Below the pieces are notes generated by a model, which was not told the origin of the DNA, made no database searches, and saw only the letters and a list, made by a program, of their open reading frames with translations. A DNA stretch of 64,000 nt, from contig CAYJKG010000006.1 in the NCBI GenBank assembly GCA_964370685.1, forward strand, positions 15,008 to 79,007, in the 5' to 3' direction. This document shows positions 46,896-56,489 of the stretch, one piece after another. The DNA comes from an uncultured Faecalibacterium sp. (GTDB lineage Bacteria; Bacillota; Clostridia; Oscillospirales; Ruminococcaceae). Position 1 is the first letter of the stretch. The number at the start of each line of letters is the position of its first letter. The position numbers and the translations under genes are program-made.

Positions 46896-47897
46896 TTGAA
46901 CATTGCAATGATAGGGCTGGATTATAAATCCACAAACCTTGAAGGACGAGAAAAAGCAAGTTTAACGGAGAATAACCTCGTTAAAAATTTGCATTATGTC
47001 TATAATGAATACAGCCTTGGTGTGGTTATACTTTCAACTTGTAACCGCACTGAAATTTATGTTTCAGGGCAAGAAGATATTTCTGACGATTTGCTTTTGG
47101 ATATATATAAAACTACCCTTAAAACAGATGCTCTATATTACATAAAACGTAACGAGGCTTTAGTAGATTATCTATTTGAACTTAGTTGTGGTTTGCACTC
47201 TATGATTTTTGGTGAAGATCAAATAATAACGCAAGTTGGTGGAGCTATTAGCTTAGCCATGGAACAAAAAACCTCAAACGCTGTGTTAAACACGCTGTTT
47301 CGCCATAGTGTAACATGTGCCAAGAAGGCAAAAACACAAGTAAATGCTAGGTTTATTTCACCATCCATTGTACACAAATCAATAGAGCTTGCCAAAAAGC
47401 AAATCGAAGATTTGTCAGGTTATAAAGTGCTAGTAATAGGCAATGGCGAAATGGGGCGCCTATGTTCAAACCTGCTCGAAAAAGAAGGCTGTAAAGTTTA
47501 TATGACAAAGCGAAGTTATAAATATAGCAACGCAATTATACCGCAAAATTGCATTGCTGTGGATTATGCTACAAGAGAAAAACTTTATAGCGAAGTTGAT
47601 ATGATATTTAGTGCAACAAAAAGCCCGCACCATACGGTAACCTTTGATAGTTTTGCAAATGTAAAAACAAAGCCAAAATGTATTTTTGATTTAGCAGTGC
47701 CGCGTGATGTAGAACCTAGTGTTGAGAAATACAGCGAAATTAACCTTTTTGATGTGGATGACATAGGCAAAGATGCCTCGCCATATGATATAGGTGCAAT
47801 AAAACAAATAAATGACATTATAAGCGAGCAAAAAGTGAAACTAGCGCAATGGCACGAGTTTTACCAAAACCACGTGCAGGAAAAAATAACGGTTTAA
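46896..47897 (+). CDS. hemA: glutamyl-tRNA reductase (short form, 333 aa, TTG start)
   Basis: STCNRTEIYV active-site Cys motif, GEDQIITQV, and Rossmann VLVIGNGEMG. GGAG lies 9 nt upstream of the TTG. Confidence 0.75.
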   Translation: MNIAMIGLDYKSTNLEGREKASLTENNLVKNLHYVYNEYSLGVVILSTCNRTEIYVSGQEDISDDLLLDIYKTTLKTDALYYIKRNEALVDYLFELSCGLHSMIFGEDQIITQVGGAISLAMEQKTSNAVLNTLFRHSVTCAKKAKTQVNARFISPSIVHKSIELAKKQIEDLSGYKVLVIGNGEMGRLCSNLLEKEGCKVYMTKRSYKYSNAIIPQNCIAVDYATREKLYSEVDMIFSATKSPHHTVTFDSFANVKTKPKCIFDLAVPRDVEPSVEKYSEINLFDVDDIGKDASPYDIGAIKQINDIISEQKVKLAQWHEFYQNHVQEKITV

Positions 47898-47937
47898 AGT
47901 TGGCATAACTAGGTAGTGTTACGAGAGGTATATTAAC

Positions 47938-48384
47938 ATGCTAGAGCGAGAAGGTAGTGTTTTTCCCTTGTTTTTAAAATTAAAAGGGCGTAAAATTTTA
48001 GTGGTTGGCGCTGGTAACATTGCCTCTAGGCGAATTTCCACTTTACTGGGGCAAGACGCACAAATAACAGTTATAGCGCCTGAACTACCATTAATATTTA
48101 GCAATGACGTAAAACACATAGCAGATATTTTTAATGAAAAATATCTTAGCGATTATGATATAGTGCTTGCATGTACAAATGATAGAAGCGTTAACCATGC
48201 AGTATACTGTGCTTTTAAAAATAAAAAAACATTTATTAATGTTTGCGATGCGCCAGAAGAATGTGATTTTTACTTTCCTGCTATTGCTGAAAGTGAGGAG
48301 TTAATATGTGGTGTGGTTTCAAAAAAAGGAAACAGGCATAAGTTAGTAAAAGAAACAAAGTTGAAAATTGCAGAAATTTTATAA
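47938..48384 (+). CDS. precorrin-2 dehydrogenase-like protein (SirC / CysG N-terminal domain), short
   Basis: FPLFLKLKGRKILVVGAGNIASRRI: classic siroheme synthase N-terminal Rossmann start. Only 148 aa. Confidence 0.65.
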   Translation: MLEREGSVFPLFLKLKGRKILVVGAGNIASRRISTLLGQDAQITVIAPELPLIFSNDVKHIADIFNEKYLSDYDIVLACTNDRSVNHAVYCAFKNKKTFINVCDAPEECDFYFPAIAESEELICGVVSKKGNRHKLVKETKLKIAEIL

Positions 48385-48399
48385 CGTAAAGGTGCAAAA

Positions 48400-49275
48400 A
48401 TGAAAATTAAAATAGGTACACGTGATAGCAAGCTAGCTATGATACAAACGCAAATGGTGGCAAATGCGATAAAAAAATATGATGAAAATATAGAGATAGA
48501 AATTATTGCCATGAAAACAACTGGCGATAAAATTTTAAATATAAACCTTGATAAAATAGGTGGCAAAGGCTTATTTGTAAAGGAACTAGACGAGGCACTT
48601 TTGCAAAAACATGTAGATATAACTGTACATAGCTATAAAGATGTACCCATGCAAGTTAACCCAAAACTGCCTATTGTCGCAGTGACAAAACGTGAGGACG
48701 CACGAGATGTATTGTTATTGCGTAAAGGCATAGATGCACCTTTTGAGGATATGGTTATAGGTTCTTCTAGCGCACGCAGAGTACACCAATTACAAAAATT
48801 AGGCTACAAAAACTTTGTTTCAATGCGTGGCAATTTAGTCACACGTTTAAAAAAACTTGATGACGGTGCATGCGACGCTTTAGTGCTTGCAGCGGCTGGA
48901 GTTTTACGCAGTGGTATGAACGAGCGCATAAGCAAGGTTTTTACCACTAGCGAAATTATCCCAGCGGCTAGTCAAGGTGTTATTGCTGTACAAGCACGCA
49001 AGGGAGAAGATGTTTCATTTTTAGCAAAACTAGCTGATGAAAATTCTAGCATAGTAACAAGTGCAGAGCGTGCATTTGTTACACGTTTAAATGGTGGGTG
49101 TAGTGCGCCAATAGCTGCTTTTGCTGAAATTGAAAATGAAAAATTAATTTTAAATACTTTGTATGTAGATGAAAAAGGGCGAGATTTCACACAAAGCTTA
49201 GAAGGCTCACCCACAAAAGCTGAAGAAATTGGCATAGCTTTAGCAGAAAATATACTGGAGAATATAGCAGAATGA
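48400..49275 (+). CDS. hemC: hydroxymethylbilane synthase (porphobilinogen deaminase)
   Basis: KIGTRDSKLAMIQT, TTGDKIL, KGLFVKELD, GGCSAPIAAFA. Confidence 0.9.
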   Translation: MKIKIGTRDSKLAMIQTQMVANAIKKYDENIEIEIIAMKTTGDKILNINLDKIGGKGLFVKELDEALLQKHVDITVHSYKDVPMQVNPKLPIVAVTKREDARDVLLLRKGIDAPFEDMVIGSSSARRVHQLQKLGYKNFVSMRGNLVTRLKKLDDGACDALVLAAAGVLRSGMNERISKVFTTSEIIPAASQGVIAVQARKGEDVSFLAKLADENSSIVTSAERAFVTRLNGGCSAPIAAFAEIENEKLILNTLYVDEKGRDFTQSLEGSPTKAEEIGIALAENILENIAE

Positions 49276-50747
49276 AAAAAGGATTTATAGCGTTAGTAGG
49301 TGCTGGCCCAGGCGAAGTTTCGCTTTTAACATTACGTGCAAAAGAGCTTTTAGAAAATGCTGAGGTTGTCGTTTACGATAAACTTGTTTCAGATGATATT
49401 TTGGAGTTGATACCACAAAACGCTGAAAAAATAAACGTAGGTAAGCAGTCAAGAAATCATCTTGTACCACAAGAGGGTATAAATGATATTTTAGTGCGTT
49501 TAGGGTTAGAGGGTAAAAATGCTGTGCGTTTAAAAGGCGGCGACCCATTTGTATTTGGGCGTGGTGGCGAGGAGCTAGAGGCTTTAATTGAACATGATAT
49601 ACCATTTGAAGTTGTGCCTGGCATAACTTCGGCAGTTGCAGCGGCAGCTTTTGCAGGCATACCTGTTACCCACCGGAATATTTGCAGTAGTTTCCACGTT
49701 ATAACAGGCCACCAAAAGCAAGACGAACCCTTAAATATTGACTTTGAAAGTCTGGTGAAAACAAGGGGCACTTTAGTTTTTTTAATGGGTCTTGCCTCTT
49801 TAAACGATATATGCAAAGGTTTAATAAACGCAGGTATGGAAGAGGATATGCCTGCTGCGCTTGTGCAATATGGAACAAGGAGTAATCAGCGTAAACTAAT
49901 TGCGACAGTTAGCACCTTGCGCCAAAAAGCAATTGAGCAAAAGTTTATTTCACCAGCTATAATAATAGTTGGTGGTGTTTGTGTGCTTTCAGATAGTTTT
50001 GATTGGTTTTCAAAACGTGAGCTTTTTGGTAAAGAAATAATTGTAACCTCGCCAAAAACTAGCGAAAATAAATTAGCCAAAACTTTAAAAGCGAAAGGTG
50101 CTACAGTGCACCATTTGCCAATGATAGAAATTGAAAAGCTAAAATTTGATATTAATAATATTGATTTAAGTGCGTATACATGGCTAGTTTTTACAAGTAA
50201 AAATGGCGTTGAAGTTTTTTTTGATGCACTTTATGCAACTGGTAAGGATGCCCGTGCTTTAAACTCTTTAAAAATAGCAGCAGTTGGCCCTAGCACAAAG
50301 CACAGTTTGCTTGCACGTGGTATTATTGCAGATATAACACCTAGCGATTTTAACGGATTATCCTTAGCACAAAAACTAGCTGGTATAGCAAATAAAAATG
50401 ATAATATGCTGCTTTTACGTGCGCAAAAGGCGAGCGATGAATTGCCAAATGTGCTTAAAAATGCTAGAATAAAATATAATGATGTTAAAATTTATACTGT
50501 AAATGAAATAGCAGAACATAGCGAAAAACTAGTAAGTTTAACACAAAAACAAATTTCAGTAGCTTTTACAAGTGCTTCAACTGTACATTCTTTTATGCAA
50601 AATAATGTCAATACAAAAAATGTAAATGCTTTTTGCATAGGGGAGGAAACCTTAAAGGCAGCACAGCAATATTTTGAAAACTGCTATGTTGCAAAAACGG
50701 CAACTATAACCGCCTTAGCGGAAAAAATAACGGAGGAATTACAATGA
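49272..50747 (+). CDS. cobA-hemD: fused uroporphyrinogen-III C-methyltransferase / uroporphyrinogen-III synthase
   Basis: N-terminus VGAGPGEVSLLTLRA..., KGGDPFVFGRGGEE (SUMT). The C-terminal ~240 aa are HemD-like. Confidence 0.8.
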   Translation: MKKGFIALVGAGPGEVSLLTLRAKELLENAEVVVYDKLVSDDILELIPQNAEKINVGKQSRNHLVPQEGINDILVRLGLEGKNAVRLKGGDPFVFGRGGEELEALIEHDIPFEVVPGITSAVAAAAFAGIPVTHRNICSSFHVITGHQKQDEPLNIDFESLVKTRGTLVFLMGLASLNDICKGLINAGMEEDMPAALVQYGTRSNQRKLIATVSTLRQKAIEQKFISPAIIIVGGVCVLSDSFDWFSKRELFGKEIIVTSPKTSENKLAKTLKAKGATVHHLPMIEIEKLKFDINNIDLSAYTWLVFTSKNGVEVFFDALYATGKDARALNSLKIAAVGPSTKHSLLARGIIADITPSDFNGLSLAQKLAGIANKNDNMLLLRAQKASDELPNVLKNARIKYNDVKIYTVNEIAEHSEKLVSLTQKQISVAFTSASTVHSFMQNNVNTKNVNAFCIGEETLKAAQQYFENCYVAKTATITALAEKITEELQ

Positions 50748-51721
50748 TAATTAGGCCAAGGCGCTTGCGTGGTAGCAAAGTTATACGTGAAATGGTGCGA
50801 GAAACAAGAGTTAGCACAAAATCTTTAATATTACCTATTTTTATCAAAGAGGGTGAGGGTATATGCGAGGAAATAAGCTCACTACCAAACCATTTTTATT
50901 ATAGCCACGATACTGTGCACCAAATTATTGAAAAAGCCACAAGTGTTGGGGTAAATAGTTTTTTGGTTTTTGGTTTGCCAAATGAAAAAGATGCTATTGC
51001 AAGTGAGGCCTATGGTGAAAACTCAGTTGTGCAAAAAGCAGTTCGTGCTATAAAAAAACAATATCCAGAGGTGCAAGTTATAACAGACGTTTGCATGTGC
51101 GAGTATACTTCACATGGGCACTGCGGCATAATTGATGGTGAGCATGTATGCAATGATGCCTCTGTGGAAGTTCTTTGCAAAATTGCACTCTCACATGCAA
51201 AGGCGGGAGCGGACGTTGTTGCGCCCTCTGATATGATGGACGGACGCATTGGTGCTATGCGTAAAGTTTTAGACGAAAACGGCTTTGAACATGTGCCGAT
51301 TATGTCCTACGCAGCAAAATATTCATCGTCTTTTTATGGGCCTTTCCGTGCGGTGGCAAACTCTGCACCAAGCTTTGGCGATAGAAAAACCTATCAAATG
51401 GATTACCATAACCAAAAAGAAGCATTGAGGGAAGTGGTGCTTGATATCAATGAAGGTGCTGATATTATCATGGTCAAGCCAGCTCTTTCGTATTTAGATA
51501 TTATAAAAAGCGTTAGTGATATGGTCGCTGTGCCAGTTTGCGCGTATAGCGTTAGTGGCGAATATGCGATGATAAAAGCTGCTGCAAAACAAGGGTTAAT
51601 AAACGAGCACGCTGTTATGTGTGAAACAGCTATTAGTATTTATCGTGCTGGCGCTGATATTTTAATTAGTTATTATGCACTAGAACTTGCACAGGCTATA
51701 ACAAAAGGAGAAATTGGCTGA
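50744..51721 (+). CDS. hemB: porphobilinogen synthase (ALA dehydratase)
   Basis: RPRRLR, DVCMCEYTSHGHCG (Cys-rich Zn site), VAPSDMMDGR, MVKPAL. Confidence 0.9.
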   Translation: MIIRPRRLRGSKVIREMVRETRVSTKSLILPIFIKEGEGICEEISSLPNHFYYSHDTVHQIIEKATSVGVNSFLVFGLPNEKDAIASEAYGENSVVQKAVRAIKKQYPEVQVITDVCMCEYTSHGHCGIIDGEHVCNDASVEVLCKIALSHAKAGADVVAPSDMMDGRIGAMRKVLDENGFEHVPIMSYAAKYSSSFYGPFRAVANSAPSFGDRKTYQMDYHNQKEALREVVLDINEGADIIMVKPALSYLDIIKSVSDMVAVPVCAYSVSGEYAMIKAAAKQGLINEHAVMCETAISIYRAGADILISYYALELAQAITKGEIG

Positions 51722-53010
51722 TGAATAATTTATTTGAACGTGCAAAAAATGTTATGCCAGGAGGTGTAAATAGCCCTGTGCGCTCTTTTGCAAGTGTGGG
51801 CATAGACCCAGTTTTTATGGATAGCGCAAAGGGTTCTAAAATTTATGATATAAGCGGTAATGAGTATATAGACTATATTTGCTCATGGGGGCCTATGATT
51901 TTAGGCCATAGCAATGATAAAATACTAGATGCTGTAAGCGTAGCAGCACAAAAAGGTTTAAGCTTTGGCGCTGCTACAAAAGCTGAGGTTGATATGGCAG
52001 AGCTTGTTGTGAGCGCTGTGCCAAATATTGATATGGTGCGCATGGTGAACAGTGGCACAGAGGCAGTTATGAGTGCTTTGCGCTTAGCTAAAGCGGCAAC
52101 TGGTAAGGATAAAATTATTAAGTTTGAGGGTTGTTACCACGGGCATAGCGATAATATGCTGGTGCGTGCGGGTTCTGGTGCACTAACTTTTTCTAACCCT
52201 GATAGCAAAGGTGTAACAAGTGCACAAGCGCAAAACACTTTAATTGCACAGTATAATAATTTATCTAGTGTGGAACAAATTTTAAGTGCAAATAAGGGCG
52301 AAGTTGCTGCGATTATAGTTGAGCCTGTTGCTGCTAACATGGGTTTAGTTTTGCCAAAAGCTGACTTTTTGCAAGGTTTACGCACACTTTGTGATGAAAA
52401 TAACGCTCTATTAATTTTTGATGAGGTTATAACTGGTTTCCGTTTAGGGCTTGGCGGTGCGCAAGAGTTTTATGGCATCAAAGCAGATATAGTAACTTTT
52501 GGTAAAATAATAGGTGGTGGTATGCCTGTTGGTGCATATGCTGCAAATAGAGAGTTAATGCAACTTATAGCACCACTTGGCCCTGTGTACCAAGCTGGTA
52601 CACTTTCGGGTAATCCTATTGCTATGGCGGCAGGCATTGCACAATTACAAGAATTGCAAGATAAAAAAATATATGAACAGCTAGAACAAAGCGCAAAACA
52701 ACTAAAACAAGGTTTTGAAAGTGTTATAAGCGAATTAAATGTTTCTGCTGTGGTTAATCAGGTTGCATCTTTAGTTTGTGTATTTTTTACAGCAAACAAA
52801 GTTGAAGATTTTTTAAGTGCTAAATCTAGTGATACTGAACTTTATGCAAAATATTTTCGCTTAATGTTAGAACAAGGCATTAATTTAGCACCTGCACAAT
52901 TTGAGGCAATGTTTATTAGCACGGCACACACTCAAGATGATTTAGATAAAACAATAAATGCGTTTAAAAATGCTTTGCAGCAACTTAAAGCAAATGGTGA
53001 TTTAAAATAA
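51721..53010 (+). CDS. hemL: glutamate-1-semialdehyde 2,1-aminomutase
   Basis: MPGGVNSPVRSF, IFDEVITGFR, TFGKIIGGGMPVGA. Confidence 0.9.
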   Translation: MNNLFERAKNVMPGGVNSPVRSFASVGIDPVFMDSAKGSKIYDISGNEYIDYICSWGPMILGHSNDKILDAVSVAAQKGLSFGAATKAEVDMAELVVSAVPNIDMVRMVNSGTEAVMSALRLAKAATGKDKIIKFEGCYHGHSDNMLVRAGSGALTFSNPDSKGVTSAQAQNTLIAQYNNLSSVEQILSANKGEVAAIIVEPVAANMGLVLPKADFLQGLRTLCDENNALLIFDEVITGFRLGLGGAQEFYGIKADIVTFGKIIGGGMPVGAYAANRELMQLIAPLGPVYQAGTLSGNPIAMAAGIAQLQELQDKKIYEQLEQSAKQLKQGFESVISELNVSAVVNQVASLVCVFFTANKVEDFLSAKSSDTELYAKYFRLMLEQGINLAPAQFEAMFISTAHTQDDLDKTINAFKNALQQLKANGDLK

Positions 53011-53057
53011 AATATTTTTAAAAATTAGAATATTTTGAAAAAAGATTGGAAACATAA

Positions 53058-54269
53058 ATGAAATATATCGTTTTGCTTTGTGATGGTATGGCAGATGAAC
53101 CCATACAAAGTTTAGGTGGTAAGACACCTTTAGAAAGCGCAAATACACCTTGCATGGATATGCTTGCAAACTGTGGAGTTTTAGGCATGGTGCAAACTGT
53201 GCCTAAAAATTTGCCGCCAGCGAGCGATGTTGCAAACCTTGAGGTACTTGGTTACGATGCGCAAAAATATTATACAGGGCGTGCACCACTTGAGGCACTT
53301 AGCATGGGTGTGCATTTATCTGGTGATGATGTTGCTGTGCGCTGTAATTTGGTTACTATTAGTGAAAACGAAAACATCTTTGAAGAAAAGCGAATGTTAG
53401 ATCACAGCGCAGGTGCTATTAGCACAAAACAGGCAAAAGAGTTAATTTTGGAGTTGCAAGAAAAACTAGGAAGCGATGTTTTTAGCTTTTTTGCTGGTTT
53501 GTCTTATCGCCATTGTATGTTGTGGCATGAGGGGAGTTTAAATTGTAAACATATACCTCCACACGATATTTTAGGTGAAAAAATAGGCGGTTTTTTGCCA
53601 GTTGAAGATGAAATTTTAGCTTTAATGAAACAAAGTTATGACATTTTAAACGAGCACCCTATAAACATAACTCGCCAAAAAAAGGGGCTAAATAAAGCAA
53701 ATTGTATATGGCTTTGGGGTGAGGGCATAAAACCTAACTTACCTAACTTTAAAAGTAAAACAGGGTTAAATTCTGCCATGATTTCCGCTGTGGATTTATT
53801 AAAAGGTATTGCAATTTGTGCCAATATGCAAGTTTTAACAGTTAAAGGAGCAACTGGTACAAAAAATACGGATTACACAGCAAAAGCAAAAGCCGCAATA
53901 GCTATATTAAAAAATGATGTGGATTTTGTTTATATACATGTTGAGGCACCAGATGAATGTGGGCATGAGGGTGATGTAAAAGGCAAAATACAAGCAATAG
54001 AAAATATAGATGAAAAATTGCTATCACCTTTATTGAATAGTTTAAAAAATATGGGTGAGCAGTATAAAATTTTGATTACGCCAGACCACGCCACACCATG
54101 TGAGCTACGTACACACACAGCAAAAGCAGTACCTTTTATACTTTATGATAGCGATACCACAAAACAAACCTCTGCACTTAAATACAGCGAAAAAACAGCT
54201 AGCTCAACTAGTAAATTTATACCAAAAGGGCACGATTTAATAAAATTAATGTTTGCAAATTTGGAATAA
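53058..54269 (+). CDS. apgM: archaeal-type cofactor-independent phosphoglycerate mutase family protein (ApgM-like / 'proposed homoserine kinase' family)
   Basis: MKYIVLLCDGMADEP..., GRAPLEA, VHVEAPDECGHEGD, ITPDHATP: alkaline-phosphatase-superfamily metal ligands. 47-nt gap after hemL with no hairpin. Confidence 0.65.
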   Translation: MKYIVLLCDGMADEPIQSLGGKTPLESANTPCMDMLANCGVLGMVQTVPKNLPPASDVANLEVLGYDAQKYYTGRAPLEALSMGVHLSGDDVAVRCNLVTISENENIFEEKRMLDHSAGAISTKQAKELILELQEKLGSDVFSFFAGLSYRHCMLWHEGSLNCKHIPPHDILGEKIGGFLPVEDEILALMKQSYDILNEHPINITRQKKGLNKANCIWLWGEGIKPNLPNFKSKTGLNSAMISAVDLLKGIAICANMQVLTVKGATGTKNTDYTAKAKAAIAILKNDVDFVYIHVEAPDECGHEGDVKGKIQAIENIDEKLLSPLLNSLKNMGEQYKILITPDHATPCELRTHTAKAVPFILYDSDTTKQTSALKYSEKTASSTSKFIPKGHDLIKLMFANLE

Positions 54270-54349
54270 CGTGGTAAAATGTAATAGTTAAACTATCTCT
54301 ATGTTGTGTAGTTTTGCGTATGTATGTGTTTTTTTTGGAGCGTTAAAGT

Positions 54350-55057
54350 ATGATTAAAATTGCAATTTGTGATGATTTAAAAAGTGATAGAGATAATCTA
54401 TCTAATTTGCTATATAAAATTAGCGATAAACTAGACATACATTTTGAACTTAATATTTTTACCTCTGGTGCAGAACTTTTATCGTCAAACAAAAATTTTG
54501 ATATTATTTTTTTAGACATAGTTATGGAAAATATCGATGGCATTGAAACTTTAAAACAAATTCGAAACGAAAACGCTATTATAATTTTTATGTCAACAAC
54601 TAGTGATAGACTACGTGAGTTGTTTTCAAAAAATGTAATAGCTTTTTTAGATAAACCTATTACAGAGCAAAGTTTACAAGACGCTTTTGTTAAAGCCATA
54701 GAGTTAATTTCAAACGAAAATTCATTTGTTTATAACAAAAACGGCAAAGTCAATGTAATTAGGCATTCCGAAATTATTTATATAGAGTGTGAGGCACATT
54801 ATATAAAAATACACACAAAAAACGATACTATTATTTACAAAGGTAAAATTAAAGATGTTTTCGCAGAACTTATTGGATATAAAAATTTTGCAATGCCAAA
54901 CCGTTCTTTTATAGTTAATATGCAATATGTTTCGCTGGCATCTAAAAGCGCATTTAATGTTGATATGTTAAATCAAAGCATATCAATTTCAAGGACAAAT
55001 AAAGATGAAACTATCATGCGTTTTATGTCCTACTTAACAAGCAAGGGGCATAACTAA
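54350..55057 (+). CDS. LytTR-family response regulator
   Basis: Receiver MIKIAICDD...FLDIVM plus a C-terminal LytTR domain (VIRHSEIIYIECEAHYIKIHT...NRSFIVNMQYV). Confidence 0.85.
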   Translation: MIKIAICDDLKSDRDNLSNLLYKISDKLDIHFELNIFTSGAELLSSNKNFDIIFLDIVMENIDGIETLKQIRNENAIIIFMSTTSDRLRELFSKNVIAFLDKPITEQSLQDAFVKAIELISNENSFVYNKNGKVNVIRHSEIIYIECEAHYIKIHTKNDTIIYKGKIKDVFAELIGYKNFAMPNRSFIVNMQYVSLASKSAFNVDMLNQSISISRTNKDETIMRFMSYLTSKGHN

Positions 55058-56376
55058 TGGATAATTTATTGCATAACTTTTCTGCGGTGTTTTGTGCTGC
55101 TTTGCTATCATTAACACATTACGATTTTTTTGAGATATTTTTTAAAACTGCAAAGCGTGGTAGCAAAAAATATTTATATTTTACGCTAGCCTTACATTGT
55201 GCTTTTAGTAGTTTAGCTGTTATCTTTGTAACTACACCAGCTTTTAATTTAATTGTTGGGCCAATAATAATTTTTATGATTACGCTTTATTATAAAGCAT
55301 CTATGATGAGCCGGATAATAAGCGTGGTTTTTACCTATGGATTGTTGACATTTTTTGAGATAATGCCATCGCTTATTATTACATCTTTAAGTGACTTAAG
55401 TTTAGCTATAACATATAATGGCCTAACGGATACTGGTTTATTTTTGCTTAGTTTTTATTTAGCAAGGTTACTACCCTTTGTGATTTTAAAAATATATAAA
55501 CATCATGTTGTGAAAAACAACAAATACCCTAAAACGGATATTAATATAAACTTTAAGGATGGTGTTTTATTTGCATTGCCACCTTTTGGCGGCATGGTGC
55601 TGGCTTATTATCTAGTAGAAGTAGCCTTTGGTGAAGTGGTTAACCAATATTATATTTTAATAGTGCTTTCATTGGTGCTAACATTTATTTTTGTTTTTTA
55701 TATTGCGTATTTAAAACATTTAGAATATGCAGAATTGCGTTCAAAAGAGTTTTTGCTAGATAAACAGATAGAAAACTATGCCTTGCATTATGATGAGCTA
55801 AAAACTAATTTAAGCGAATTTTATATTTATAAACATAATATCAAACACAAGCTACTTGAGATTATGTCAGAATTAAATATTGATGAAAAAACTGTTTTAC
55901 AAAAGTTTGATTTAACTTTTAAAGATGAGCTAGATTATAATTATTATTCAAACAACAAAGCTATTGATATGATGTTGAATTATATTGTGGGTAAGGCAAA
56001 ACATTTAAATGTTAATGTTAAAATTAAAGTAGAGCCTAATTTAATTGTTAATGTCGATGAAAGCACAATTTCTGTTATATTAGGCAATATTTTAGATAAT
56101 GCGATTGAGGCTTGCAGTAGGTTTGGAAAAAAAGAGTTTTTATTAGAAATAAAAAGCCAAAACTCAAATTTAGTTATCATAACAGAAAACGCTTATGATG
56201 GTGAGATTGAATTTATAGATGGTCTACCAAAAACAAGTAAAAACCAAAAAGGTCATGGAATAGGTTTAAAAAGTGTTGAAAAACTAATTTTAGATGCAGG
56301 TGGAATATTACAAATTGATGCCTCAAATGGTATATTTCTACTGCAAATTTTGTTAATAAATGCAAAGGTCGTGTAA
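55057..56376 (+). CDS. AgrC/ComD-like sensor histidine kinase (GHKL, HPK10-type)
   Basis: About 6 N-terminal TM helices, H-box-like YKHNIKHKL, N-box NILDNAIEA, G-box GHGIGLKSV. Confidence 0.8.
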   Translation: MDNLLHNFSAVFCAALLSLTHYDFFEIFFKTAKRGSKKYLYFTLALHCAFSSLAVIFVTTPAFNLIVGPIIIFMITLYYKASMMSRIISVVFTYGLLTFFEIMPSLIITSLSDLSLAITYNGLTDTGLFLLSFYLARLLPFVILKIYKHHVVKNNKYPKTDININFKDGVLFALPPFGGMVLAYYLVEVAFGEVVNQYYILIVLSLVLTFIFVFYIAYLKHLEYAELRSKEFLLDKQIENYALHYDELKTNLSEFYIYKHNIKHKLLEIMSELNIDEKTVLQKFDLTFKDELDYNYYSNNKAIDMMLNYIVGKAKHLNVNVKIKVEPNLIVNVDESTISVILGNILDNAIEACSRFGKKEFLLEIKSQNSNLVIITENAYDGEIEFIDGLPKTSKNQKGHGIGLKSVEKLILDAGGILQIDASNGIFLLQILLINAKVV

Positions 56377-56489
56377 TTTGTGCACGAAAACATGTTTTCT
56401 ATGTACGATTTACGCACTTTATAATTATTTATGATATAATCCCACTTGTGTGCTACTCAGCTATTTTTATAGCAGAAGGGAGATTAATC

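Noticed and set aside
56392-56424. 10-codon micro-ORF (MFSMYDLRTL) after the AgrC-like kinase, considered as a possible AgrD-like autoinducing peptide precursor.
   Set aside because: It has no SD and no amphipathic leader or Cys/Ser thiolactone context. It is far shorter than known AgrD or ComC precursors, no AgrB is present, and it overlaps the palindrome, which is more plausibly a DNA site.
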